This document shows, in pieces, positions 1 through 8,812 of a stretch of DNA of 64,000 nucleotides. Source of the DNA: an uncultured Gemmatimonadales bacterium. Its GTDB lineage: Bacteria; Gemmatimonadota; Gemmatimonadetes; Longimicrobiales; Gaopeijiaceae. The position numbers and the translations under genes are program-made. Location: assembly GCA_963823035.1 (NCBI GenBank), contig CAWGKG010000017.1, positions 192,001 through 256,000 of the forward strand, in the 5' to 3' direction. Numbering within the stretch: position 1 is the first letter of the stretch; each line of letters opens with the position of its first letter. The notes below the pieces were generated by a model, which was not told where the DNA came from, did no database searches, and saw only the letters and a list, made by a program, of their open reading frames with translations.

Positions 1-1516
1 CCACGTCTCGAACTGCGTGGCGACCGGCAGGACCAGGTCCGCGAAGCGGGCCGTGGGCGTGAGGAACTGGTCCTGCACCGCGATGAACTCGACCCGTGAT
101 TCGTCCGCCAGGATGCGCGCCGTGCGATTGATGTTGGCGTGCTGGTTCACGAGCGCGTTGCTGGCCACCGCCCAGATCAAGCGGACGTCGCTCTTCAGGC
201 GTCGCCCGTCGTCTCCGCCACGCCCGGCCACGGCGGCGGCCGCGCTCTCGGAGCCTTCCCCGCCGTCCGCACCATCGAACAGGATGCCGTCGGCCGCTCC
301 GAGCTCCCGGCCGCGCAGCACCGCCTCGGTCCAGAGGAAGCAGGGGACGGCGGCGCCCACCGGGTTCCTTCCCACCGGGAAGACGTTCCACAACGGGCCG
401 CCGTCCGGCGCCTGGAGCGCCAGCCCGCCCGCCCAGCCGCCCGGGACGCCCACGTTGCCCGTGAGCGCGGCGAGGGCGGCGCCGGCCCGCACCACCTGCT
501 CACCATGCGCCCGGCGCTGCATGCCGTAACCCTGGTAGAGCACGCCGGGCTTGCGTGTCGCGTACTCCCGCGCGATACGCGCGATGGTCTCGCGCGGCAC
601 CCCGGTGATCGGCTCCGCCCAGTCGGGCGTCTTGGCCTGCCCGTCGCGCGTGCCCAGGAGGTAGTCGCTCCAGCTCGTGGCCCCCTCGCATCCCGCCGGC
701 ATCTGGGTGCCGTCGACGCCGATGCAGTGGGTACGCACGAACGCCGCGTCGTGCAGACCCTCGCGTGAGGATGACGTAGGCCATCGCGCTCATCATGGCC
801 GCGTCCGTGCCGGGGCGAATCGGGATCCACTCGTCCGCCAGCGACGCGGCGCTCATGCTCAGGCGCGGGTCCACACAGACGACACGGGCGCCCTTCCGGC
901 GCGCCAGCTGGAGGAAGTACTCCGTGTTCGTGCCGTCCCGCATCTCGGCCGGGTTCCAGCTCCACATCAGGATGGTCTTCGCGTTCAGCCAATCCTGACG
1001 CTGGTTCCCCGTCTCCACCGTGCCGTAGACCGTGGGCGTGGCGACGTTGATGGCGCCCCACGAGTAGCTGTTCCAGATCCCGAGGCACCCGCCGTAGAGA
1101 TTAAGCAGCCTACGCGCCGTCTGGGACCCGTTGGTCTGGCTGTAGCTGCCCGTGCCGTAGGGCACGAAGAGCGCGCCGTTTCCGTAGGTGTCCCGAACCC
1201 GCCGGATCTCTCCGGCCAGGAGGTCCAGCGCCTCGTCCCAACCGATCCGCTCGAAGCGGCCCTCCCCGCGCGCGCCCACCCGCCGCAGCGGATGCAGGAG
1301 GCGGTCGGGGTGGTACTGGCGCCGCAGGTACGCGCGCCCGCGTGTGCACGCCCTCAGCTGTGGATCCGCCACTCCGTCGGGACGGTCGTCGGTCTCCAGA
1401 CGTACGATCACGCCGTCCCGCACGTGCGCCTTCAGGAGGCAGCGGCCACCGCAGTTGTGCGCGGGGCAGCCCACGCGCACCACGCGGTCGGACGACGCCT
1501 CCCCGGCTCGGGCCAT
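1..1516 (-). CDS. DMSO reductase family molybdopterin oxidoreductase catalytic subunit (DmsA/YnfE-like); runs off window start; frameshift near 760
   Basis: N-terminal Fe-S motif CPAHNCGGRC...C, YHPDRLLHPLRRVGARGEGRFERIGWDEA, NSYSWG (Ser Mo-ligand region), WIPIRPGTDAAM. After the shift my translation continues KTPDWAEPITGVP...QDQFLTPTARFADLVLP. Confidence 0.92.
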
Positions 1517-1679
1517 CTGCATCTCGGGTGGTGGGGAGGGATACCCGAAAGCTGTCCGCACGCCCGAGTCTCGGCAACGGCGTCGGGGTCGAGCGCCCTC
1601 CTCCACAGGTCGTTCACACGCTGGTGCCATCCTCCGTGCGAGGCGGGCACCGATCACGACTGCAGGGGGTGGAGGGGTC

Positions 1680-3410
1680 ATGGACGCAGCACGCGGTGAG
1701 TTGGGGCTCTTCAGGACGATTGTGGCGATCACCGTGATGTCGTTCGGGCCGCACGCGGCCCCGGCCGCGGCCCAGCAGGGCCCCCCACCGGCGGTGCGGG
1801 AGAGCGTCGACGCGGTGGTGGCCTACGTCACGGGGCCGGACCCGGCGCCACCGGCCGCGCTCCTGGAGCGTGTGGCCGACGGCTACCGCGCGAGCTTCGC
1901 CTCGGCGCAGGCGTTCGCGGACCACCTGGTGGGGCTGCGCGCCGCCGTCGGAGGGGAAGCGGGCGACATCGCGGTCGAGCGGGACGACGAGGGTCTGGTG
2001 CTCCACATCGAGGGGCGGGGCGTCGCGAACATCCGCATGGTGATCGACGAGGACACCGGCCGCATCGGCAGGCTGGACCTCATCGACGTGGAGACGCGGC
2101 CGGGCGGAGGGCCGGACGCGGACCCGGCGGGGCGTGCCCTCGAAGGACGCGTGGGGGCACTCCTCCATCTTGCCAGCGAGGATGGGGCGACCGAGGCGTT
2201 CCTGGCGTCGGCGATGACGCCGGAGCTCGTGGCGACCCGGTCACGAGAGGCATGGCTGGCGCTCCTGGCGCGGGTCGGGCGGATCGCCGCGGCGGCGCAG
2301 ACCGTGGACGCGGTTCCAGACGGAAGCGGCCTCCGGGTCACGCTGCGGGCGGGCGGAACCGTGGCGGAGGTCCGGATGGCGGTGGAACCTTCGCCCCCGT
2401 ATCGCGTCGCGTCTCTGGCGGTCGACACTGCCGCCGCCACCCCTGAGCCGTCGGGGCCGCCGATCACGTGGGCATCCCTCGAGGACAGGCTCCGGACCAC
2501 CGAGGGCTTCTCGGGCGCCGTCCTCGCGATCCGGGACGGGGAGGTCGTACTGCACAGGGGCTTCGGGATGGCGAACCGCGCCCTCGGGATCCCCAACACG
2601 ACGAGCACCGTCTTCGACATCGGGTCGATCCCCATCGACTTCACGCGCGCCGCAGTGCTCCTCCTGGTGCAGGAGGGTCGCATCGACCTCGACCATTCGA
2701 TCGACCGGTATCTGCCCGACGTGCCGGAGGACAAGCGGCCCATCACGATCCGACACCTCCTCGAGGGCCGCTCCGGCCTGCAGAACTTCCACGACCTCGC
2801 GGAAGACGACGACGCGGACCTCACCCCGATCGATCGGGAGACGGCAGAGCGCCGGATTCTCGCCGAACGGCTGCTCTTCGCGCCGGGCGGCGACAACTCC
2901 CCCTCGCACTCCGCCTTCGGCCTCCTGGCCGCGATCGTGGAGCGGGTGTCGCACACCACCTACGCCGCGTTCCTGGAGCGCCGGTTCTTCGCCCCGGCGG
3001 GCATGCGACGCACCGGCTTCTATGGGGACGATCTCGGTCTGCCCGCCGGGGACTTCGCGGTCGGCTACGGCGGGACGCAGGTCGGGGATCCCAACATCCC
3101 TCCGAACTGGGGCCCCGCTTCCTGGCTGGTGGTCGGCAGCGGGGGCATGGTCTCCACGGTCGACGACCTGAACCGGTGGTTCACCTTCGTGCGCTCCGGC
3201 CGCGTGCTCCACGGCGACGCGCTGGCCGCCTATCTCGAGCGGGGCTCGGCCCTGGGCGGCACGGACCGCGGTTTCTGGAGCGTGCATGCGTGGGCGGGAG
3301 GTGACAACATGGTGTTCGTCACGAGCAACTCGGGCCTGCGCAATCCGGAGGTCGGCGCGCTACCGCGCGTCATCATCGACCTGGTACGCGGGGACGGGGT
3401 GGTGCGCTGA
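1680..3410 (+). CDS. Secreted beta-lactamase-family (serine hydrolase fold) protein with degenerate active-site motifs
   Basis: GGAGGGG RBS before ATG 1680; signal-peptide-like N-terminus; C-terminal half FSGAVLAIRDGEVVLHRGFG...FDIGSIPIDFT...ITIRHLL...GSGGMVSTVDDL. Confidence 0.85.
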   Translation: MDAARGELGLFRTIVAITVMSFGPHAAPAAAQQGPPPAVRESVDAVVAYVTGPDPAPPAALLERVADGYRASFASAQAFADHLVGLRAAVGGEAGDIAVERDDEGLVLHIEGRGVANIRMVIDEDTGRIGRLDLIDVETRPGGGPDADPAGRALEGRVGALLHLASEDGATEAFLASAMTPELVATRSREAWLALLARVGRIAAAAQTVDAVPDGSGLRVTLRAGGTVAEVRMAVEPSPPYRVASLAVDTAAATPEPSGPPITWASLEDRLRTTEGFSGAVLAIRDGEVVLHRGFGMANRALGIPNTTSTVFDIGSIPIDFTRAAVLLLVQEGRIDLDHSIDRYLPDVPEDKRPITIRHLLEGRSGLQNFHDLAEDDDADLTPIDRETAERRILAERLLFAPGGDNSPSHSAFGLLAAIVERVSHTTYAAFLERRFFAPAGMRRTGFYGDDLGLPAGDFAVGYGGTQVGDPNIPPNWGPASWLVVGSGGMVSTVDDLNRWFTFVRSGRVLHGDALAAYLERGSALGGTDRGFWSVHAWAGGDNMVFVTSNSGLRNPEVGALPRVIIDLVRGDGVVR

Positions 3411-3465
3411 CGCGCGGAGGCCCTCCGGCCAGGAGGGTCGATTCCCACACGAGCCGAGGAACGAC

Positions 3466-4203
3466 TTGACCGCGCCGGTCCCGGGATCCTCGATCCTCCT
3501 GGTGGAGGACGACTTCAAGACGGCCGACACCGTGGCGCTCTACCTGCGGCACGCGGGACACCGGGTGGCTCTGGTGCGAGACGGCACCGAGGGGCTGGCG
3601 CGCGCCGTGGAGGAGCCGTTCGACCTCGTGATCCTCGACCGCATGCTCCCGGGGATCGAGGGGCTGGACGTATGCTCCCGGATCCGGGAGCGCTCGGACG
3701 TGCCCATCATCATGCTCACGGCCGTGGGCGGGGAGCGGGACCGCCTCGAGGGGTTCGCGACCGGCGCCGACGACTACGTGGTGAAGCCCTTCAGCCCGCG
3801 AGAGCTCGTCGCCCGCGCCCACGCCGTGCTCCGGCGAGCGGACGCCCGGGCGGCGCGGCGGGAGGGGGTCCTGCGCGTCGGCCCCCTCGTGCTGGACGTC
3901 CCGGGGCGCACGGCGACTGTGCACGGGCACGAGATCCCGCTCAGCCCGACCGAGCACCGCTTGCTGACCGTCCTGGCCCGGGCGCCCGGCCGCACCTTCT
4001 CCCGCCGGGAGCTACGCGAACGCGCCCTCTCCCGCGACAGCGACGCGGACGACCGCGTCATCGACTCCCACGTGAAGAACCTACGCCGCAAGCTCGCCGA
4101 GGCTCCGGGCGGGCCGGACGGCGACCCCGGAGACGCCCCGTCGCTCCTGCGCACCGTGTTCGGGGCGGGCTACAAGCTCGTGGATCCGTCCCGTGATCCG
4201 TAG
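3466..4203 (+). CDS. OmpR/PhoB family response regulator (BaeR-like)
   Basis: ILLVEDD, DLVILDRMLPG, PIIMLTA, GADDYVVKPFSPREL, winged helix DRVIDSHVKNLRRKL...RTVFGAGYK. TTG start after GAGGA is inferred. Confidence 0.95.
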   Translation: MTAPVPGSSILLVEDDFKTADTVALYLRHAGHRVALVRDGTEGLARAVEEPFDLVILDRMLPGIEGLDVCSRIRERSDVPIIMLTAVGGERDRLEGFATGADDYVVKPFSPRELVARAHAVLRRADARAARREGVLRVGPLVLDVPGRTATVHGHEIPLSPTEHRLLTVLARAPGRTFSRRELRERALSRDSDADDRVIDSHVKNLRRKLAEAPGGPDGDPGDAPSLLRTVFGAGYKLVDPSRDP

Positions 4204-5632
4204 CCTGCGCGCCCAGATCGTCTTCCTCGCCGTGGGCTCGACGATCGGCGCGATGCTCGTGGTCGGTCTCGGCACCCAGCGGATGGTGCGACGGGAGTTC
4301 GAGGCCACCCTCACCGCGCAGGGCGGGCAACCCATCCGGGAGGTCCCCACCACGGAGCTGACGACGCTCCTGCAGTCGCAGGGGTGGGACGGCCTGCGCG
4401 CGTGGGTGGCGGCGCGCGCGCGCGGCGGCGATCGGTTCCTGGCGATCGATCCGTCGGGCCGCGTGATGGCCGCACCCGACTCGGCCATCCCCGCCTGGAG
4501 CGCGAGGCCGGCGCCCGACTCGGGATGGGTCCTCGAGTCGCGGCACGCGGGGGAGCTGACCCGCTTCGTCCTGAGCGGGGGCGTGCCGCTGCTGTCGGCC
4601 CGGGGCGACACGGCGGCGCTCGCGTTCGCCCTGCCACCGGAGGACGATGCCGTCGCCGCCGACACGTCGGAGGGAGGCGCCTGGCGCGCCTTCGGGCGTC
4701 GCCTCTGGCTGATGATCGCGATGGTCGTCGTGTTGGCGACCACGGTCGCCGTCGCGCTGAGCGCTCGTGTCGCCCGCCCTCTCCAGCGTCTGGCGGCCGC
4801 GGCCCGGATGGTGGGCAGCGGGAACTTCACGGCCCGTGTCGAGGAGGGCCGTACGGTCGAGCTCGCCGAGGTGACGAAGGCGTTCAACGCCATGGCCGGC
4901 GCGCTCGAGCGGTCGGAAGCGCAGCGTCACCGCATGGCCCGGGACGTGGCGCACGAGCTGCGCACACCCCTCACCAACCTCCGCGGGCAGATCGAGTCCA
5001 TGCAGGATGGGCTACGCCCTGCCGACGAGGCCGGGCTCCGGTCCCTCCTCGAAGAGGCCACCCTCCTGGAGCGCCTCGTCCGGGACCTGGGTCAGCTCGC
5101 CGACGCGGACGCGGGTCGCCTGGAGGTGGACCCTTCCGTGACGGCGCTGGAGCCGGAGATACGGCGCACGGTCGAGGCGTTCGTTCAGGCAGGTCGGGCG
5201 CCGGGGGGGCGGGTCGCGTGGGCCGTTCCGGCGGACCTGTGCGTCCACGCGGACGCGCGCCGCGTCGGGCAGGTCCTGAGGAACCTGATCGACAACGCTC
5301 TCGTGCACGCACCCGGCTCGTCGGTCCGCATCGCGGCCGGTCCGGACATCGAAGGCGCCGGGATGATCCGGGTGACCGTCGATGACGACGGTCCCGGGCT
5401 CGACCCGTCCCACCTACCCTTCGTCTTCGAGCGGCTCTATCGTGCAGATCCGTCACGCGGCCGGGAGACGGGCGGCAGAGGCCTGGGGCTGGCGATCGTA
5501 CGTGAGCTGGTGGAGGCGCAGGGAGGTCAGGTCGGGATCGAGAGCGCGCAGGGAGAGGGCGCCCGGCTCTGGTTCACGCTCCCGGGCGTTCCGGGAGATC
5601 AGCGCACGCGCGGAGGAGGTGGCGCGCCATGA
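4193..5632 (+). CDS. HAMP-domain sensor histidine kinase (BaeS-like)
   Basis: Two TM segments, HAMP, H-box DVAHELRTPLT, N-box NLIDNALVH, DDDGPG, FERLYRAD, GRGLGLAIV. Confidence 0.95.
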   Translation: MIRSLRAQIVFLAVGSTIGAMLVVGLGTQRMVRREFEATLTAQGGQPIREVPTTELTTLLQSQGWDGLRAWVAARARGGDRFLAIDPSGRVMAAPDSAIPAWSARPAPDSGWVLESRHAGELTRFVLSGGVPLLSARGDTAALAFALPPEDDAVAADTSEGGAWRAFGRRLWLMIAMVVVLATTVAVALSARVARPLQRLAAAARMVGSGNFTARVEEGRTVELAEVTKAFNAMAGALERSEAQRHRMARDVAHELRTPLTNLRGQIESMQDGLRPADEAGLRSLLEEATLLERLVRDLGQLADADAGRLEVDPSVTALEPEIRRTVEAFVQAGRAPGGRVAWAVPADLCVHADARRVGQVLRNLIDNALVHAPGSSVRIAAGPDIEGAGMIRVTVDDDGPGLDPSHLPFVFERLYRADPSRGRETGGRGLGLAIVRELVEAQGGQVGIESAQGEGARLWFTLPGVPGDQRTRGGGGAP

Positions 5633-6189
5633 CGAAGGGATCGGGACGGAGGGGCCGGTGGCTTCTCCTCGGCGCGGGCGCCCCCGTGGCGATCGCGCTG
5701 CTCGTGCTCGGCATCGGGCTGGTGCTGCCGAGCGATCACGTCGCGCGCATGTCCGTCGATCTCCGCGCGACACCCGACCGTGTCTGGGAGCTGGTGTCCG
5801 ACGTCGCCGGCACCGCCCGATGGCGACCCGAGGTGGAGGCCGTGGACATCGTCGAGACGGCCGAGGACGGCCGGGTCGTGCGGTTCGTCGAGCGCTCGTC
5901 CTACGGGGATACCCCCTTCGCGGTCGTGTCCCGGACGGCGCCTTCCCGACAGGTCGCCCGGGTCGAGGACGAAGGGCTGCCGTTCGGCGGCACGTGGACG
6001 TGGGAGCTCGCTTCCGCCGGGAGCGGCACGCGGCTCACGATCACGGAGGACGGATTCGTGCGGAGTCCCTTCTTTCGCGTCATGAGCCGACTGTTCTTTC
6101 CCCCGACCGCGACGATGGACGGATACCTGCGCGCGCTCTCCACCGAGCTGGGCGAGGCGACCGAGCCGCGCGTGCTTCAGGCGCGATAG
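5629..6189 (+). CDS. Membrane-anchored SRPBCC/polyketide-cyclase-fold protein
   Basis: N-terminal TM, ATPDRVWELVSD, FGGTWTWEL...GTRLTITEDG. ATGA overlap with the kinase. Confidence 0.8.
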   Translation: MTKGSGRRGRWLLLGAGAPVAIALLVLGIGLVLPSDHVARMSVDLRATPDRVWELVSDVAGTARWRPEVEAVDIVETAEDGRVVRFVERSSYGDTPFAVVSRTAPSRQVARVEDEGLPFGGTWTWELASAGSGTRLTITEDGFVRSPFFRVMSRLFFPPTATMDGYLRALSTELGEATEPRVLQAR

Positions 6190-6212
6190 GAGAAGCGCTT
6201 CCCATCCGGACC

Positions 6213-6242
6213 TTGATCGACCCGGCCGGAGGACACTACCGT
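6213..6242 (+). promoter_or_regulatory. Putative sigma70 promoter for the leader-MATE transcript
   Basis: TTGATC (6213-6218), 18-nt spacer, TACCGT (6237-6242). Confidence 0.4.
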
Positions 6243-6276
6243 TAGGCACTGCGGGCGACTCGATCTGGAGCGAACC

Positions 6277-6387
6277 ATGCGCAGGGACATCCTCACCACC
6301 GCCACCCCCCTCGGTACGGCCCACGCCGTCACCGCACGGGTGGCATTCGATTTCGGGCCGGTCCCGGACGGAGGATGTCCCAGGTAG
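6277..6387 (+). CDS. Putative 36-aa leader peptide MRRDILTTATPLGTAHAVTARVAFDFGPVPDGGCPR
   Basis: GGAG RBS 6 nt upstream of ATG 6277; TAG 6385-6387; lies just before a terminator that precedes the MATE gene. Confidence 0.55.
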   Translation: MRRDILTTATPLGTAHAVTARVAFDFGPVPDGGCPR

Positions 6388-6410
6388 CAGCTCCAGGCGC
6401 AAGCGCATTC

Positions 6411-6456
6411 GAAGCGGCCTCCCGGGTTTTCCACCCGGGAGGCCGCTTCTCTTTAC
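6411..6456 (+). terminator. Intrinsic terminator / attenuator hairpin
   Basis: Perfect 16-bp inverted repeat GAAGCGGCCTCCCGGG (6411-6426) / CCCGGGAGGCCGCTTC (6434-6449), followed by TCTTTA. Confidence 0.8.
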
Positions 6457-6477
6457 CCGGACCACGGGTCGAGGACG

Positions 6478-7906
6478 ATGACGAGGACGACGACGGGGGA
6501 AGACGAGGGGCGCACGCCGGGAACCTCCTGGCCAACCCTCGTGATGGACGCCCTGAGGGGGCGTGGCGGAGACCTGACCGAGGTGCCCCTCGGCAGCGCG
6601 ATCCTCTTCCTCGCCGTGCCGATGGTGCTCGAGATGGCCATGGAGTCAGTGTTCGCGGTCGTGGACATCTTCTTCGTGTCCCGCCTCGGCGTCGCGCGCG
6701 GTGGCAGCCGTCGGACTGACGGAGTCGCTCCTGGCCATCGTGTACACGGTGGCCATGGGGCTGTCGATCGGCGTGACCGCGACGGTGGCGAGGCGCATCG
6801 GCGAGAAGGACCCGGAGCGCGCGTCCCTCGCGACCGGCCAGGCCATCCTGCTGGCGCTCGGGGTGGCGGCCGTGCTGGGGGGCCTGGGCGTGTGGCTCGC
6901 ATCCGACCTGCTCGGCCTCATGGGCGCGGACGACCGCGTGATCGCGCAGGGCGTCGGCTACACGCGCACGCTCCTGGGCACCAACGGCGTCGTGCTGCTC
7001 CTCTTCCTGCTGAACGCGGCGTTCCGCGGGGCGGGCGACGCGGCCATCGCCATGCGCGTGCTCTGGATCGCGAACGGGCTCAACCTGGTGTTGGACCCGG
7101 CGCTGATCTTCGGCCTGGGCCCCTTTCCGGAGCTCGGCGTGACGGGGGCGGCCGTCGCGACCGTGTTGGGACGCGGCACGGCGGTGGTGGTGCAGCTCGT
7201 CGTGTTGTTCCGGCTCGGGGGGCGATTGTCCGTGGCCGTGAGGCACCTGGTGCCGCGGCTCGAGGTGATGGCGAGGCTCGTGCGCCTGTCTGCGACGGGG
7301 ACGTTCCAGGTCTTCGTGTCCACCGCGAGCTGGATCGGCCTCGTCCGGGTCATCGCCGGCTTCGGAGCCGAGGCGGTGGCCGGGTACACGGTGGCCATCC
7401 GTATCGTGCTCTTCGCGCTGCTTCCCGCGTGGGGGCTGGCCAACGCCGCGGCCACGCTGGTGGGGCAGAGCCTGGGAGCCTCCAAGCCCGATCGGGCCGA
7501 CCGGGCCGTATGGCTCGCGGGTCGCATGAACTTCGCGTTCCTGGGATGCGTGGGCCTGGTGTTCCTCGTTTTCGCGCCGGGGATCGTGGGCGTGTTCGGG
7601 GTCGATGCCGCGAGCTCACTGCACGCGGTCCACGGTCTGCGCATCCTGAGCGCGGGGTTCCTCTTCTACGCCTATGGCATGGTGATGACGGCCGCGTTCA
7701 ACGGCGCCGGAGACGCGTGGACGCCCACCTGGTTGAACCTCGCGTGTTTCTGGGCGCTCGAGATCCCGCTCGCATGGTGGTTGAGCTATCCGCTCGGGTG
7801 GGGCCCCGACGGCGTCTTCGCCGCGATCACCGTCGCCTTCTCGACGATCGCCGTCGCGTCGGCCGCGATCTTCCGCCGGGGACGATGGAAGGTGGTCACC
7901 GTCTGA
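6478..7906 (+). CDS. MATE family efflux transporter (frameshift near 6695)
   Basis: LAVPMVLEMAMESVFAVVDIFFVSRLG, then AAVGLTESLL...FRGAGDA...LDPALIFGLGPFPELGVTGAAVAT...FRRGRWK. Confidence 0.93.
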
Positions 7907-8008
7907 GGGGCGACACGCGTCGCCGTCGCCCGCGACCGACGACGACGCCATGGCACCTCGCGACGGGAAGGTGGCGAGTCACGCCGGTGGTCGCCTAGGT
8001 TGGGGCGC

Positions 8009-8773
8009 ATGATGCCAGGTGGACGCTGCCTGGGATCGGCCCTGCTGGCGTTCTGCGTCCTCGTGGCTCGGGCCGATCTCTCCGCCCAGACGGTCTACGG
8101 CGTCCTGCTCGAGCGGGGCACCGAACGGCCCATCGACCTGGCCCTGGTCATGCTGCTCACGGCCGAGGGCGACTCCGTCGACGCCGTGCTCTCGGACGCG
8201 TCGGGGCAGTTCCGGCTGGAGGCTCCCCGGGGCGGTGACTTCCGCCTCGCCGCGAGCGCGCTGGGGTACAAGCCGACCCTCGCCGCCGGCGTGCTCAGCC
8301 TCCCGAAGGGGACGGCCATGTCCCTCCAGTTCAGGATCGAGCCGCAACCCATCGAGATCGCCGGGGTCACCGTCGATGCCCTGGCCTCGAAGATCCGGCA
8401 GCCGCGGCTCGTTCGGAACGGCTTCGTGGAGCGGGCCAACCGGGGTTTCGGGCGCTTCGTCACACCGGTGGACATCGAGAGGTCCGCAGCTCCCAGCACG
8501 TCGGACCTGCTGGCGCGGACGGGGCGCGTCACCACGCGGTATGCCCTGGGAGGCGACCGCATCATCATGCGCGGGCCCAGGGGCTACTGCGCACCCACCG
8601 TGTACGTGGACGGCGTCCGGGTCGACCTCTCCGACATCCCCATCGACGCGATCGCACCCAGGTTCGATCTCGACGCCGCCGAGGTCTACCGGTCGGCGGT
8701 CGAGGCCCCTCCGCGCTTCGGAGGAGGGCTGGAGGGCTGCGGGGTGATCGTCCTCTGGACGAAGGCCCGCTAG
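8009..8773 (+). CDS. Secreted protein with carboxypeptidase-regulatory-like domain and TonB plug-like domain
   Basis: Signal peptide; SDASGQFRL...ALGY; C-terminal CAPTVYVDG...AAEVYRS...CGVIVLWTK. Confidence 0.75.
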   Translation: MMPGGRCLGSALLAFCVLVARADLSAQTVYGVLLERGTERPIDLALVMLLTAEGDSVDAVLSDASGQFRLEAPRGGDFRLAASALGYKPTLAAGVLSLPKGTAMSLQFRIEPQPIEIAGVTVDALASKIRQPRLVRNGFVERANRGFGRFVTPVDIERSAAPSTSDLLARTGRVTTRYALGGDRIIMRGPRGYCAPTVYVDGVRVDLSDIPIDAIAPRFDLDAAEVYRSAVEAPPRFGGGLEGCGVIVLWTKAR

Positions 8774-8812
8774 AGGAATCGCGGGCGGCGAAGCCCTGCG
8801 GTCGCGACACCG

